This document shows, in pieces, positions 27,140-34,489 of a DNA stretch of 34,489 bases. A program made the position numbers and the translations under genes. The stretch's first letter is position 1, and each line of letters begins with the position of its first letter. The notes below the pieces were generated by a model, which saw nothing but the letters and a program-made list of their open reading frames with translations, was not told where the DNA came from and ran no database searches. Origin of the DNA: an uncultured bacterium (GTDB lineage: Bacteria; CBDUZB01; JAGLHV01); the NCBI GenBank assembly GCA_965371605.1, contig CBDUZB010000001.1, positions 1 through 34,489 of the forward strand, read 5' to 3'.

Positions 27140-28000
27140 ATGATGACAGAAATGGTTAAAGGGTATAATTTTGCCTTTATTGATGAATATGCAAAAAGAG
27201 AGATTCGGCGAAAAATTTTAAAAGCAGTAAGTATTCCCGGATATCAAGTTCCTTTTGGTTCAAGAGAACTTCCTATTGCCCGGGGTTGGGGCACAGGGGC
27301 TTTGCAAATAACTCTTTCTTTAATAGGGAAAAAGGATATTTTGAAAATTATTGACCAGGGCTGTGACGATAGCGTGAATGCAGTTAATATTAAAAGGTTT
27401 GTTAAATCTACAACAGGGGTTTCTATCGTTTCCGATACCTTAAAAGCGACTATCATTCAAACACGGCACAGAATACCGGAAGAAGAGATGGGGGATGAGC
27501 AGATATTAGTCTTTCAGGTTCCTTATCCTGAGCCTTTACGCATAGTGGAACCCCAAGAATCTCAAACAAGAAGGATGCATGGGGAAATGGATTATGCAAA
27601 AATCTGGGTTTTTCTTTATGAAAATATTGTCCAGTGGGAGGAGGTTACCATAGGTGCTCGTTATCCGGTTATGGTGGAGGATAGATACATTATGGATCCT
27701 TCTCCCATCCCCCGGTATGATGTGCCGAGATTAAATAACGCTTCTACCTTGTATCTTTTTGGGGCTGGTAGGGAAAAAAGGATTTATGCAGTACCGCCTT
27801 TTACAAAGGTTAAACCTTTGGAGTTTGAGGACTACAAGTTTAGAACAGAAAATTTTGAAGGTAAGAGGTGTGAACATTGTAAAAGTACAGATACTTTTTT
27901 GGATGAAATCGTCACAGGTGATAAACGGATTTATTCTTGTTCAGATACTTCTTTTTGTAAAAAAAGAAGAAACAATTCCCGGACGAAAAAGCGAATTTAG
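27140..28000 (+). CDS. phnJ: radical-SAM C-P lyase PhnJ
   Basis: Strongly colinear with E. coli PhnJ as recalled: YNFAFIDE, IPGYQVPFGSRE (glycyl-radical Gly conserved), GWGTGALQ, IQTRHRIPE, LFGAGREKRIYAVPPFT, and the Cys cluster CEHC...LDE...CSDTSFC. Confidence 0.93.
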   Translation: MMTEMVKGYNFAFIDEYAKREIRRKILKAVSIPGYQVPFGSRELPIARGWGTGALQITLSLIGKKDILKIIDQGCDDSVNAVNIKRFVKSTTGVSIVSDTLKATIIQTRHRIPEEEMGDEQILVFQVPYPEPLRIVEPQESQTRRMHGEMDYAKIWVFLYENIVQWEEVTIGARYPVMVEDRYIMDPSPIPRYDVPRLNNASTLYLFGAGREKRIYAVPPFTKVKPLEFEDYKFRTENFEGKRCEHCKSTDTFLDEIVTGDKRIYSCSDTSFCKKRRNNSRTKKRI

Positions 28001-28012
28001 TAGGAGTTAGCA

Positions 28013-28825
28013 ATGAGAGAAACGATATTAGAGGTTGAAGAATTAACTAAAATTTATGGAAGAATTTGCCCAAGATGTCTAAACTCAACGGTTAGTAAAT
28101 GTGTCTCTTGTGGCTCAACAATTGCTGTAGCTGCAGCGTCTTTTGTCCTTTATCAAGGGGAAATATTAGGTGTTATGGGGGAGAGTGGTTCCGGTAAGAG
28201 TACCCTTGTTCGCAGTTTATATTTTGATATTACCCCAACTTTCGGCGAGGCGTATTTGAATAAAGAAGGAAGAAATATATTTAAACTCAACTCACAGGAG
28301 AAAAGAAAAATAAAAAATTTCAAAATGGGAATAGTTTATCAAAATCCTCACCTGGGACTAAATTTTGATATTAGTGCAGGAGGAAATGTTGCCGAAAAAT
28401 TGCTTATGGCAAATTGGAGAAACTATTCTATTATTCGCGAGCGGCTAATGTATCTTTTTGAAAAAACAGAGCTTCCTTTAAATCGGGTGGATGATTTTCC
28501 TTCTACTTTAAGCGGGGGAATGCAGCAGAGGATTCAGATAGCCAAAGCCTTAGCCAATAATCCGGATGTTCTTTTTTTGGATGAACCTACTTCAGGATTA
28601 GATTTATCTGTCCAGGCGCGGCTTTTGGATTTAATCAAAAAAATTCAACAGGAACTTAAAATATCTATAATTCTCGTTTCTCATGATTTAGGAGTACTTA
28701 GATTATTAGCAGACAGGGTTTTGGTGATGAAAGAAGGCAGGATTATTGAATCAGGAATAACAGACCAGATATTAGAAGATCCTCAACACCATTATACACA
28801 ATTATTAGTTAATTCGATGTTATGA
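28013..28825 (+). CDS. phnK: C-P lyase ATP-binding protein PhnK (with N-terminal Cys4 insertion)
   Basis: GESGSGKST, LSGGMQQR, LFLDEP, VQARLLDL and a C-terminal DPQHHYTQLLVNS as in PhnK. It has an extra CPRC-x7-CVSC segment before the Walker A. Confidence 0.9.
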   Translation: MRETILEVEELTKIYGRICPRCLNSTVSKCVSCGSTIAVAAASFVLYQGEILGVMGESGSGKSTLVRSLYFDITPTFGEAYLNKEGRNIFKLNSQEKRKIKNFKMGIVYQNPHLGLNFDISAGGNVAEKLLMANWRNYSIIRERLMYLFEKTELPLNRVDDFPSTLSGGMQQRIQIAKALANNPDVLFLDEPTSGLDLSVQARLLDLIKKIQQELKISIILVSHDLGVLRLLADRVLVMKEGRIIESGITDQILEDPQHHYTQLLVNSML

Positions 28826-29562
28826 GGAAGGCAATGAAAGATATAATTCTTGAGGTAAAAAATTTAAGTAAAAATTTTAATCTTCACCTGTTGGGGGAAA
28901 AGAAAATAACTGCGTTTCAAAATATCTCTTTTACTCTCAAAAGAGGAGAATTTTTAGGTATCGCCGGAAAAAGCGGTTCAGGGAAATCTTCGCTTATTAA
29001 ATGTATTTATCGTACATATTTGTCAACACAAGGTAAGATTATTTATTACTCTAAAAATGGGAATTCGAGAGATTTAGCAGTGTGTTCTGATGAAGCAATT
29101 ATTGATTTAAGGGAGAGAAAGATAGGATATGTGAGCCAATTTTTACAGGTTATTCCCAGGGTTAGTTGCTTAGATATAGTAATACAGGCCCTTATTCAAC
29201 AAGGAATAGATAAATATGAGGCAAAAAGAGCAGCTGGAAAAATGCTTTCACGCCTTTTAATTTCTGATAAATTATTTGATGCGTATCCCTCTACTTTTAG
29301 CGGTGGAGAAAAGCAAAGGGTAAATATTGCTCACGCTCTTGTTAAGGAGGTAGAACTTCTTCTCATTGATGAGCCAACTGCCAGTTTGGATAAGGCAGCG
29401 AGAGAGATTGTATTAGAAGAGATTTTTGAATTGAAGAAAAGAGGAACATCGGTGATTGGTATTTTTCATAATGATAAGGAATTGAAAAGGTTTGCTGATA
29501 AAATTTTGGTTATGGGAACGGGGAAAGAGGAAAAAATATATGAAAATGATAAAAATAATTAA
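28822..29562 (+). CDS. phnL: C-P lyase ATP-binding protein PhnL
   Basis: GKSGSGKSS, FSGGEKQRVNIA and LLIDEP. ATGA overlap with phnK. ATG 28834 is an alternative start. Confidence 0.85.
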   Translation: MRKAMKDIILEVKNLSKNFNLHLLGEKKITAFQNISFTLKRGEFLGIAGKSGSGKSSLIKCIYRTYLSTQGKIIYYSKNGNSRDLAVCSDEAIIDLRERKIGYVSQFLQVIPRVSCLDIVIQALIQQGIDKYEAKRAAGKMLSRLLISDKLFDAYPSTFSGGEKQRVNIAHALVKEVELLLIDEPTASLDKAAREIVLEEIFELKKRGTSVIGIFHNDKELKRFADKILVMGTGKEEKIYENDKNN

Positions 29563-30703
29563 TGGTAAAATTGTTACTCCTAAAAAAGTGGATGACAAAA
29601 AAGTTCTTTTGATTAGGGATGGAAAAATCCTGGATATGTGTTCTGCACAGAATGTATCCGATAGTAAATTTGAGATTATTGATGCGAAGGGTAATTATGT
29701 CATTCCCGGGTTGGTTGATATGCATAGCGATGCTTTGGAATTCAAAATATCTCCCCGTCCTAATGTAACAATTCCATCATCGCTGGCGTTATCCTATTAT
29801 GAGAAAGAACTCCTTTGCTGTGGAATAACTACTCAATTTCATGGGATTTATTGGGGTGATGTGCTTGAGAAACACAGAAGTCTTAAATTAGCTCAGGAAA
29901 TGATTAAGAAGATTTTAAATTATCGTGGAATTGGAGTTTTGAACCATAAGATATTCATTCGTTTTGATATCGTCAATTGTGAAGAAAAAGAGAAACTTTT
30001 GCATTTAATGAATAATGGAATTGTAGATTTGCTTTCCTTTCAGTATCATCTCCCCGGCCAAGCCCAATTTAAGGACATTAAGGCATTTAGAGATTATTAT
30101 TCAAAAGTGAGAGGATGGACAAAGCAAGAGCTAAAAGAGTTTATGAGGAATCCTCTGGTTTTTGATTTTAAAGACAAAAATAAAAAAAGCGTATTAAATA
30201 AGATTTCGCAAACAGCGAATAAGGTTAAAATACCTCTTATTTCGCATGATGATGATGGACAAAAGAAAATTCAAACGATGAAAAAATTAGGAGCAAAAAT
30301 ATCAGAATTTCCCGTAAGCCATGAAGCTGCCCGTTGTGCCAAAAAAAATAATATGTGCGTAGTAGTAGGTGGGCCAAATATTGTCCAGGGAAAATCATCG
30401 TGTGGCAACATTAGTGCTATAACGTTAATAAAAGAAAAAGCAGCTGATGTTATCTGTTCAGATTATCATCTGCCGACAATGTTTTGTGCAGCTATAAAAC
30501 TTCATCAAGAAAAAATTTTAAGCTTGCCCGAGGCAATTAATATGATAACTCTCAATCCGGCTAAAGCTACGGGATTGAAGGAAACGGGAGCTATTCTTCC
30601 CGGTAAAACAGCAGATATAGTTGTTTTTAGGCTAAAAAACAGGGTGCCGGAGGTAACCAGAGTGTTTATTAAAGGAAGGAGTGTTTATCGTTATGAAAGC
30701 TGA
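29540..30703 (+). CDS. phnM: alpha-D-ribose 1-methylphosphonate 5-triphosphate diphosphatase PhnM (amidohydrolase)
   Basis: IPGLVDMHSD, LLSFQYHLPGQAQF, SHDDD, EFP, GGPNIVQGKSSCGN and SDYHLPTM are colinear with E. coli PhnM. The start is placed at ATG 29540 (MKMIKIINGKI); the track start at 29492 lies deep inside phnL. Confidence 0.88.
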   Translation: MKMIKIINGKIVTPKKVDDKKVLLIRDGKILDMCSAQNVSDSKFEIIDAKGNYVIPGLVDMHSDALEFKISPRPNVTIPSSLALSYYEKELLCCGITTQFHGIYWGDVLEKHRSLKLAQEMIKKILNYRGIGVLNHKIFIRFDIVNCEEKEKLLHLMNNGIVDLLSFQYHLPGQAQFKDIKAFRDYYSKVRGWTKQELKEFMRNPLVFDFKDKNKKSVLNKISQTANKVKIPLISHDDDGQKKIQTMKKLGAKISEFPVSHEAARCAKKNNMCVVVGGPNIVQGKSSCGNISAITLIKEKAADVICSDYHLPTMFCAAIKLHQEKILSLPEAINMITLNPAKATGLKETGAILPGKTADIVVFRLKNRVPEVTRVFIKGRSVYRYES

Positions 30704-31655
30704 TTTTTTTATAGGTAATACAATTGGGATAGGAATTAATGTAAAACTTATCAATGGGAGTTTAAGGTTGCTTAGGAATGCATTGGATAAAGCAAAAGAG
30801 GCTAATTTTGATGTAGTAGAACTTCCTCTTCACGGGTTGGATGTGATTATAGGAGGAAGAATTAGAGACAAAAGACTAAAAGAAATAAAAAATATTCTTA
30901 AAGATTATCCTTTCTGTTATTCTGTCCATTGTCCGGAAAGTCTTAATTTAATGAATCTTGAGGAATTAAAAATGGAAAAGGCAATTCTTAAATCATCTAT
31001 TGAGTTTTCATACGAGATAGGGTCACACATTTTAGTTTACCATCCGGGAAGGTACAAGTCAGAAAGTAAAATTTTACTAAGAAAGCAAGAAAGATTGAAT
31101 CAGAAAGAATTGGGAAGATTAAAAAAGATTGAGCAAGATATCTTAAAAAATTTCTCTTCAACTTTAAAAGAAGCAAATGTATTTCTCTGTATGGAAAATG
31201 CCCGGCCTTTTATCGGGGAAAAGGAGTACACTTATGCGGACGATATTGAGGAGTTAGTAGAACAGGTAAATGAAATAGATAGCGAAAATATAAGAATTAA
31301 CCTTGATTTTGGACATGCATATCTGTCGGCAAATTATTATAATAAGGATTTTTTAAAGACAATTTCTAAAGTGAACCCTTATGTAAAACATTTTCATTTG
31401 CATGATAATTTTGGACATCCTTGTTTTTTTCAGGAAAAAGACCAGAATCTTCTTATCGTAAACGGCAGAGGGGATATGCATATGCCGCTCGGATGGGGGG
31501 ATATTCCCTTTCAGGAAGCTATTAAAATATTGAACTCTGATGGTTGTTTTTTTGTGATTGAAATAAGACCTCGCTATTTTGAATATATGACAGAAAGCAA
31601 GCAGCTTATAGAATCCTTAATTACAGACTGTGTCATAACCCTAACAAAAAATTGA
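30681..31655 (+). CDS. xylose-isomerase-like TIM-barrel protein (sugar phosphate isomerase/epimerase family)
   Basis: About 320 aa with family-typical motifs: SVHCP, LVYHPG, CMEN, NLDFGHA and HFHLHDN. It overlaps the phnM 3' end. The start is either GTG 30681 or ATG 30693. Confidence 0.7.
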   Translation: MFIVMKADFFIGNTIGIGINVKLINGSLRLLRNALDKAKEANFDVVELPLHGLDVIIGGRIRDKRLKEIKNILKDYPFCYSVHCPESLNLMNLEELKMEKAILKSSIEFSYEIGSHILVYHPGRYKSESKILLRKQERLNQKELGRLKKIEQDILKNFSSTLKEANVFLCMENARPFIGEKEYTYADDIEELVEQVNEIDSENIRINLDFGHAYLSANYYNKDFLKTISKVNPYVKHFHLHDNFGHPCFFQEKDQNLLIVNGRGDMHMPLGWGDIPFQEAIKILNSDGCFFVIEIRPRYFEYMTESKQLIESLITDCVITLTKN

Positions 31656-31768
31656 ATGGGGGCTTTGTTAGCAATAGATGTTGATTAAAAGTTTATGAAA
31701 AATTAACTTTTTCGTAATTTTCTTTTCATAAGTAAAATAGATGCTTTTAATTGAAAAAAGAGAAAAAA

Positions 31769-31912
31769 ATGAAAATTATTTTGTCACTGACGGGTTTAAT
31801 CTGTTTTCCTTTAATGGGGTTTCTGTATTATGACTTTTGTAAAAAGATTTCTCATAAAGTTTTAGATATGTTGAACGAGGAGAAAGAAAAAAATAAAAAC
31901 GAAAGGAGGTGA
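31769..31912 (+). CDS. possible small hydrophobic peptide (47 aa)
   Basis: Manual translation gives MKIILSLTGLICFPLMGFLYYDFCKKISHKVLDMLNEEKEKNKNERR-TGA: one N-terminal TM plus a charged tail. The SD is weak. Below the ORF-track cutoff. Confidence 0.25.
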   Translation: MKIILSLTGLICFPLMGFLYYDFCKKISHKVLDMLNEEKEKNKNERR

Positions 31913-32006
31913 AAATAATATACAGGATATAAGAACACTGTCAACCTTGCATAAGGATTTCGTTGATAATTATCTTCGCACTTAGCTTACTAATTTACAG
32001 AGTATC

Positions 32007-32198
32007 TTGAAAACAATGAAATATTCAGACACGATGGAAGAAGATTATGTGAAAAAATCCTTAAAGTGGGTAGAAAAGAATTATATAAAATTCAGGAAAA
32101 TATTTATCAATAATTTAGACTTCTGCAAAATAGCCTTTTTACATTTATTGTCATTCCTGCGGAAGCAGGAAGCTATTGATATTTTAAGCACATTATAG
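32007..32198 (+). CDS. hypothetical small protein (questionable)
   Basis: 63-codon ORF (TTG start; internal ATG at 32016) with no recognisable family. Its 3' end is built from a palindromic element, which argues against real coding. Confidence 0.2.
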   Translation: MKTMKYSDTMEEDYVKKSLKWVEKNYIKFRKIFINNLDFCKIAFLHLLSFLRKQEAIDILSTL

Positions 32199-32276
32199 AT
32201 TCTGCATCAAGTGTGGAATGACTGAATGTGTTATTTTGCACAACTCTTATCAATAATTAAGAAAGGAGATGAAAAA

Positions 32277-33494
32277 ATGATGTATAAAAAATGGAAGTTA
32301 ATAGGTTTATTGTTACTAGTAGCAATTTTTGTTTTACCAACCAGGGAATATGTGTGTTTTGCTGAAGACGCAGAAACAATTGGAGATGCATTCAAAAATG
32401 GTAAAGTTAAAGGGACAATAGGGTCATACTGTGAATTCACAAAAGCAGACGCTGACGAGTCGGATTATGGTTGGGGTACAAGTTATTTTACTCTTAAATA
32501 TGAAACGCAAAAATGGAATTGTTTAAGTTTGGGTGCTCGTTTTTTTGTCCATGGTCGACTGTATTCCGAGCATGATAACAGTACGCGTGATCCATTTGAA
32601 TCAGATGTAGAAACCCAAAATACGTTACCCGAACTTTATTTGAATTATAGTTTTGCTGAAAAATCAAGGATAACTGTTGGTCGTTGGAATCATAAAAAAA
32701 TTAGCCATATTGACGATGCTCAGAGTGAAGGAGCATATGTGACTATTAAAGAAATTTCTGATTGGGAATTTATTGTTGGGGTTATGACGCGGTTTGCAGA
32801 AATTGACTATGATGATGGAGAGGATTTTGGACGGACTAATAATTCTCAGGATTTAGATTCAGAAAATAAGTATGGCTCTGATTCAAAACCGTATCTTTTT
32901 TTCATTGAAAGTAAATGTAAACCCTTGGATATGATAAAATGTAATCCTTATATTATGAGTCAAAACGGGTATGCTACTGTTTATGGGTTAGATACAAAAA
33001 TTGAAAAAAAGGTGGAAGATTTTGAGTTGACTTATGGTGGAAAAGTTAATTATTATCATGTTTCTACGGATATTTTGAGTAAAAGAGATTCTAATAACTT
33101 TGCTGTCTTTCCATATATAAGTAAAGGACCTATTGAAGTAACCATAGGTTATGCAAAATTTGATAATGATGATTCTTTCAACAAACCGGCATGGTTGAGG
33201 GATTACTTTTCCATATTAGATCAACAAAAAGAATACGGTAAAGCAGGCAGCGAGGAATATTTTGCTAAATTGAAACTTACTATCGATAAATTTTGGATGC
33301 ACGTTGCTTACGGTGACAATAACTACGATTTTACCTCCAGTAAAGGAGATAACGTCCAAGAATATGAACTTCAATTTGGGTATAAGTTTGCAAAAAATCT
33401 GGATATTAATATTCGTTTATTTGATGTTCGGTATGATAATGTTGATGAAAGAGATTATCAGAAAGGCGAAAGTCGTCTTCGCTTTAAATTTTAA
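32277..33494 (+). CDS. porin-like outer-membrane beta-barrel protein
   Basis: SD AGGAG lies 8 nt before ATG 32277. Signal peptide MMYKKWKLIGLLLLVAIFVLP...AEDA, Y/G/D/N/F-rich alternating sequence, and a C-terminal ...SRLRFKF with terminal Phe. Confidence 0.6.
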   Translation: MMYKKWKLIGLLLLVAIFVLPTREYVCFAEDAETIGDAFKNGKVKGTIGSYCEFTKADADESDYGWGTSYFTLKYETQKWNCLSLGARFFVHGRLYSEHDNSTRDPFESDVETQNTLPELYLNYSFAEKSRITVGRWNHKKISHIDDAQSEGAYVTIKEISDWEFIVGVMTRFAEIDYDDGEDFGRTNNSQDLDSENKYGSDSKPYLFFIESKCKPLDMIKCNPYIMSQNGYATVYGLDTKIEKKVEDFELTYGGKVNYYHVSTDILSKRDSNNFAVFPYISKGPIEVTIGYAKFDNDDSFNKPAWLRDYFSILDQQKEYGKAGSEEYFAKLKLTIDKFWMHVAYGDNNYDFTSSKGDNVQEYELQFGYKFAKNLDINIRLFDVRYDNVDERDYQKGESRLRFKF

Positions 33495-33791
33495 TTAAAA
33501 TTTAAAGGAAATATAATGTGGGGACAATGAAGGGAACAAAGTTAACCTGGGTAACATAAAAAGAAGATAAAGTGGGGGTGGTTCTATCAGGGGATAGTTT
33601 GCGAAATAATTGTTTCCGCAATAAAGCAAGATAGGGAGTAGGGTCTATAATATTTTTGAGTAATTGAGCTAAAAAAGAAGGGTATTGTCTATCGTATAAA
33701 GGGGAAGGTTTAAATAAGGGAGGTGATGATTTAAGGAACGAAGGGAGTGAAAAAAAAAGTTGTTAAAAAAAATATTTTATAAGGAGAAATC

Positions 33792-34439
33792 ATGAAACGA
33801 AAAGTTTTTTGTGGAATGATATTAAATTTATTCTTGTTTTTGTTCTCTGTAAATGCCTATGCCATAGTTATGTATATTGGTGATGTAGATGGATTTGGCT
33901 TTGGTGGGGCAGCAATTTATAATGGAGCTTATGGGGGACCGGCAGACAGAGATGGTGATGGGTTATTGAATGCCGGAGATGTTTTACCCGATTTGACCGG
34001 CAATGGAAATGTTTGTACAAGAGGCAAAGATGATTTTGACCATAGGTCTATTGCAGAGAAAATGGATAGTATGGGTGCACAATGGACTGATGTTGCTTTA
34101 TCCACCAGTTTTGGTGGAAGGCCGGGTTTGGCCAATGATGTTTTTTTCACTTTTAATTTTACACTTCCCGTCTTGGGAGACATGGATTATGGGGAAAATC
34201 ATTTTATCAACTTTGTTTATGGTGATTATGATGTCAGTCCGATGGATGCTATCGTAGAAGGTGTGACTGTGAGTCTCTTGGGAAATTCCGATGGTGGAGG
34301 ACTGGATGGTTTTATTTGGAGAGCGTATGCTCCTGTGTTGTGGAATGATATGTTAGATGGAAAGGTAACTATAAAGATTATTGCTCCAAATGAACCCTAC
34401 GTTGCTTTTGACTATGCTTTATTGGATATTAAACGGTGA
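33792..34439 (+). CDS. secreted hypothetical protein with a Ca-binding-like DxDxDG motif
   Basis: 215 aa with a signal peptide (FLFLFSVNAYA) and a DRDGDGLLNAGD loop resembling EF-hand/dockerin-type calcium sites. SD AAGGAG. Confidence 0.55.
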   Translation: MKRKVFCGMILNLFLFLFSVNAYAIVMYIGDVDGFGFGGAAIYNGAYGGPADRDGDGLLNAGDVLPDLTGNGNVCTRGKDDFDHRSIAEKMDSMGAQWTDVALSTSFGGRPGLANDVFFTFNFTLPVLGDMDYGENHFINFVYGDYDVSPMDAIVEGVTVSLLGNSDGGGLDGFIWRAYAPVLWNDMLDGKVTIKIIAPNEPYVAFDYALLDIKR

Positions 34440-34489
34440 ATTGTAACTCTTATTGCGAAAAAAATCAACCCAAACCCTTCTTGTTACTT

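Noticed and set aside
31656-31768. A right-hand att copy that would define the HAD-phn cluster as a discrete island
   Set aside because: Only vague similarity (GATTAAAAGTTTATGAAAAATTAAC against the TTTAAAAGAT...TTGTTATCAAC arm) and no CCTACCCGGGGAG core. This is not enough to call a boundary.

Overview
AT-rich bacterial chromosomal window. Gene content suggests a diderm, but the lineage cannot be identified from sequence alone. It falls into four blocks. (1) 1-13.9 kb is the replication-origin neighbourhood: fba, then the classical divergent rpmH-rnpA-yidD-yidC (minus) / dnaA-dnaN-DUF721(DciA-like)-gyrB (plus) arrangement. A perfect inverted pair of DnaA boxes sits in the dnaA leader and the dnaA-dnaN spacer is extremely AT-rich. 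An outer-membrane beta-barrel gene, tRNA-Ala(CGC), dnaX and recR follow. (2) 14-18.2 kb holds a polytopic membrane protein and a four-subunit pyruvate/2-oxoacid:ferredoxin oxidoreductase operon (gamma-delta-alpha-beta). (3) 18.3-21.3 kb holds tRNA-Asn(GTT) followed by three copies of a composite repeat containing the tRNA 3' end (tandem att-like scars). The first interval carries an AbiEi/AbiEii module and no integrase is present. (4) 21.3-31.7 kb holds a HAD hydrolase plus a compact carbon-phosphorus lyase locus, phnCDE-GHI-(63-aa membrane ORF)-JKLM, ending in a xylose-isomerase-like TIM-barrel gene and lacking phnF/N/O/P. After it come 0.6 kb of non-coding DNA with small ORFs and palindromes, a porin-like gene and a secreted protein. 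The most unusual single observation is the rpmH (L34) gene, which is too short for the ORF track. It is full length and has a consensus promoter, but carries an in-frame TGA exactly at the invariant Gly of the HGFR motif, while TGA clearly acts as a stop elsewhere in the window.
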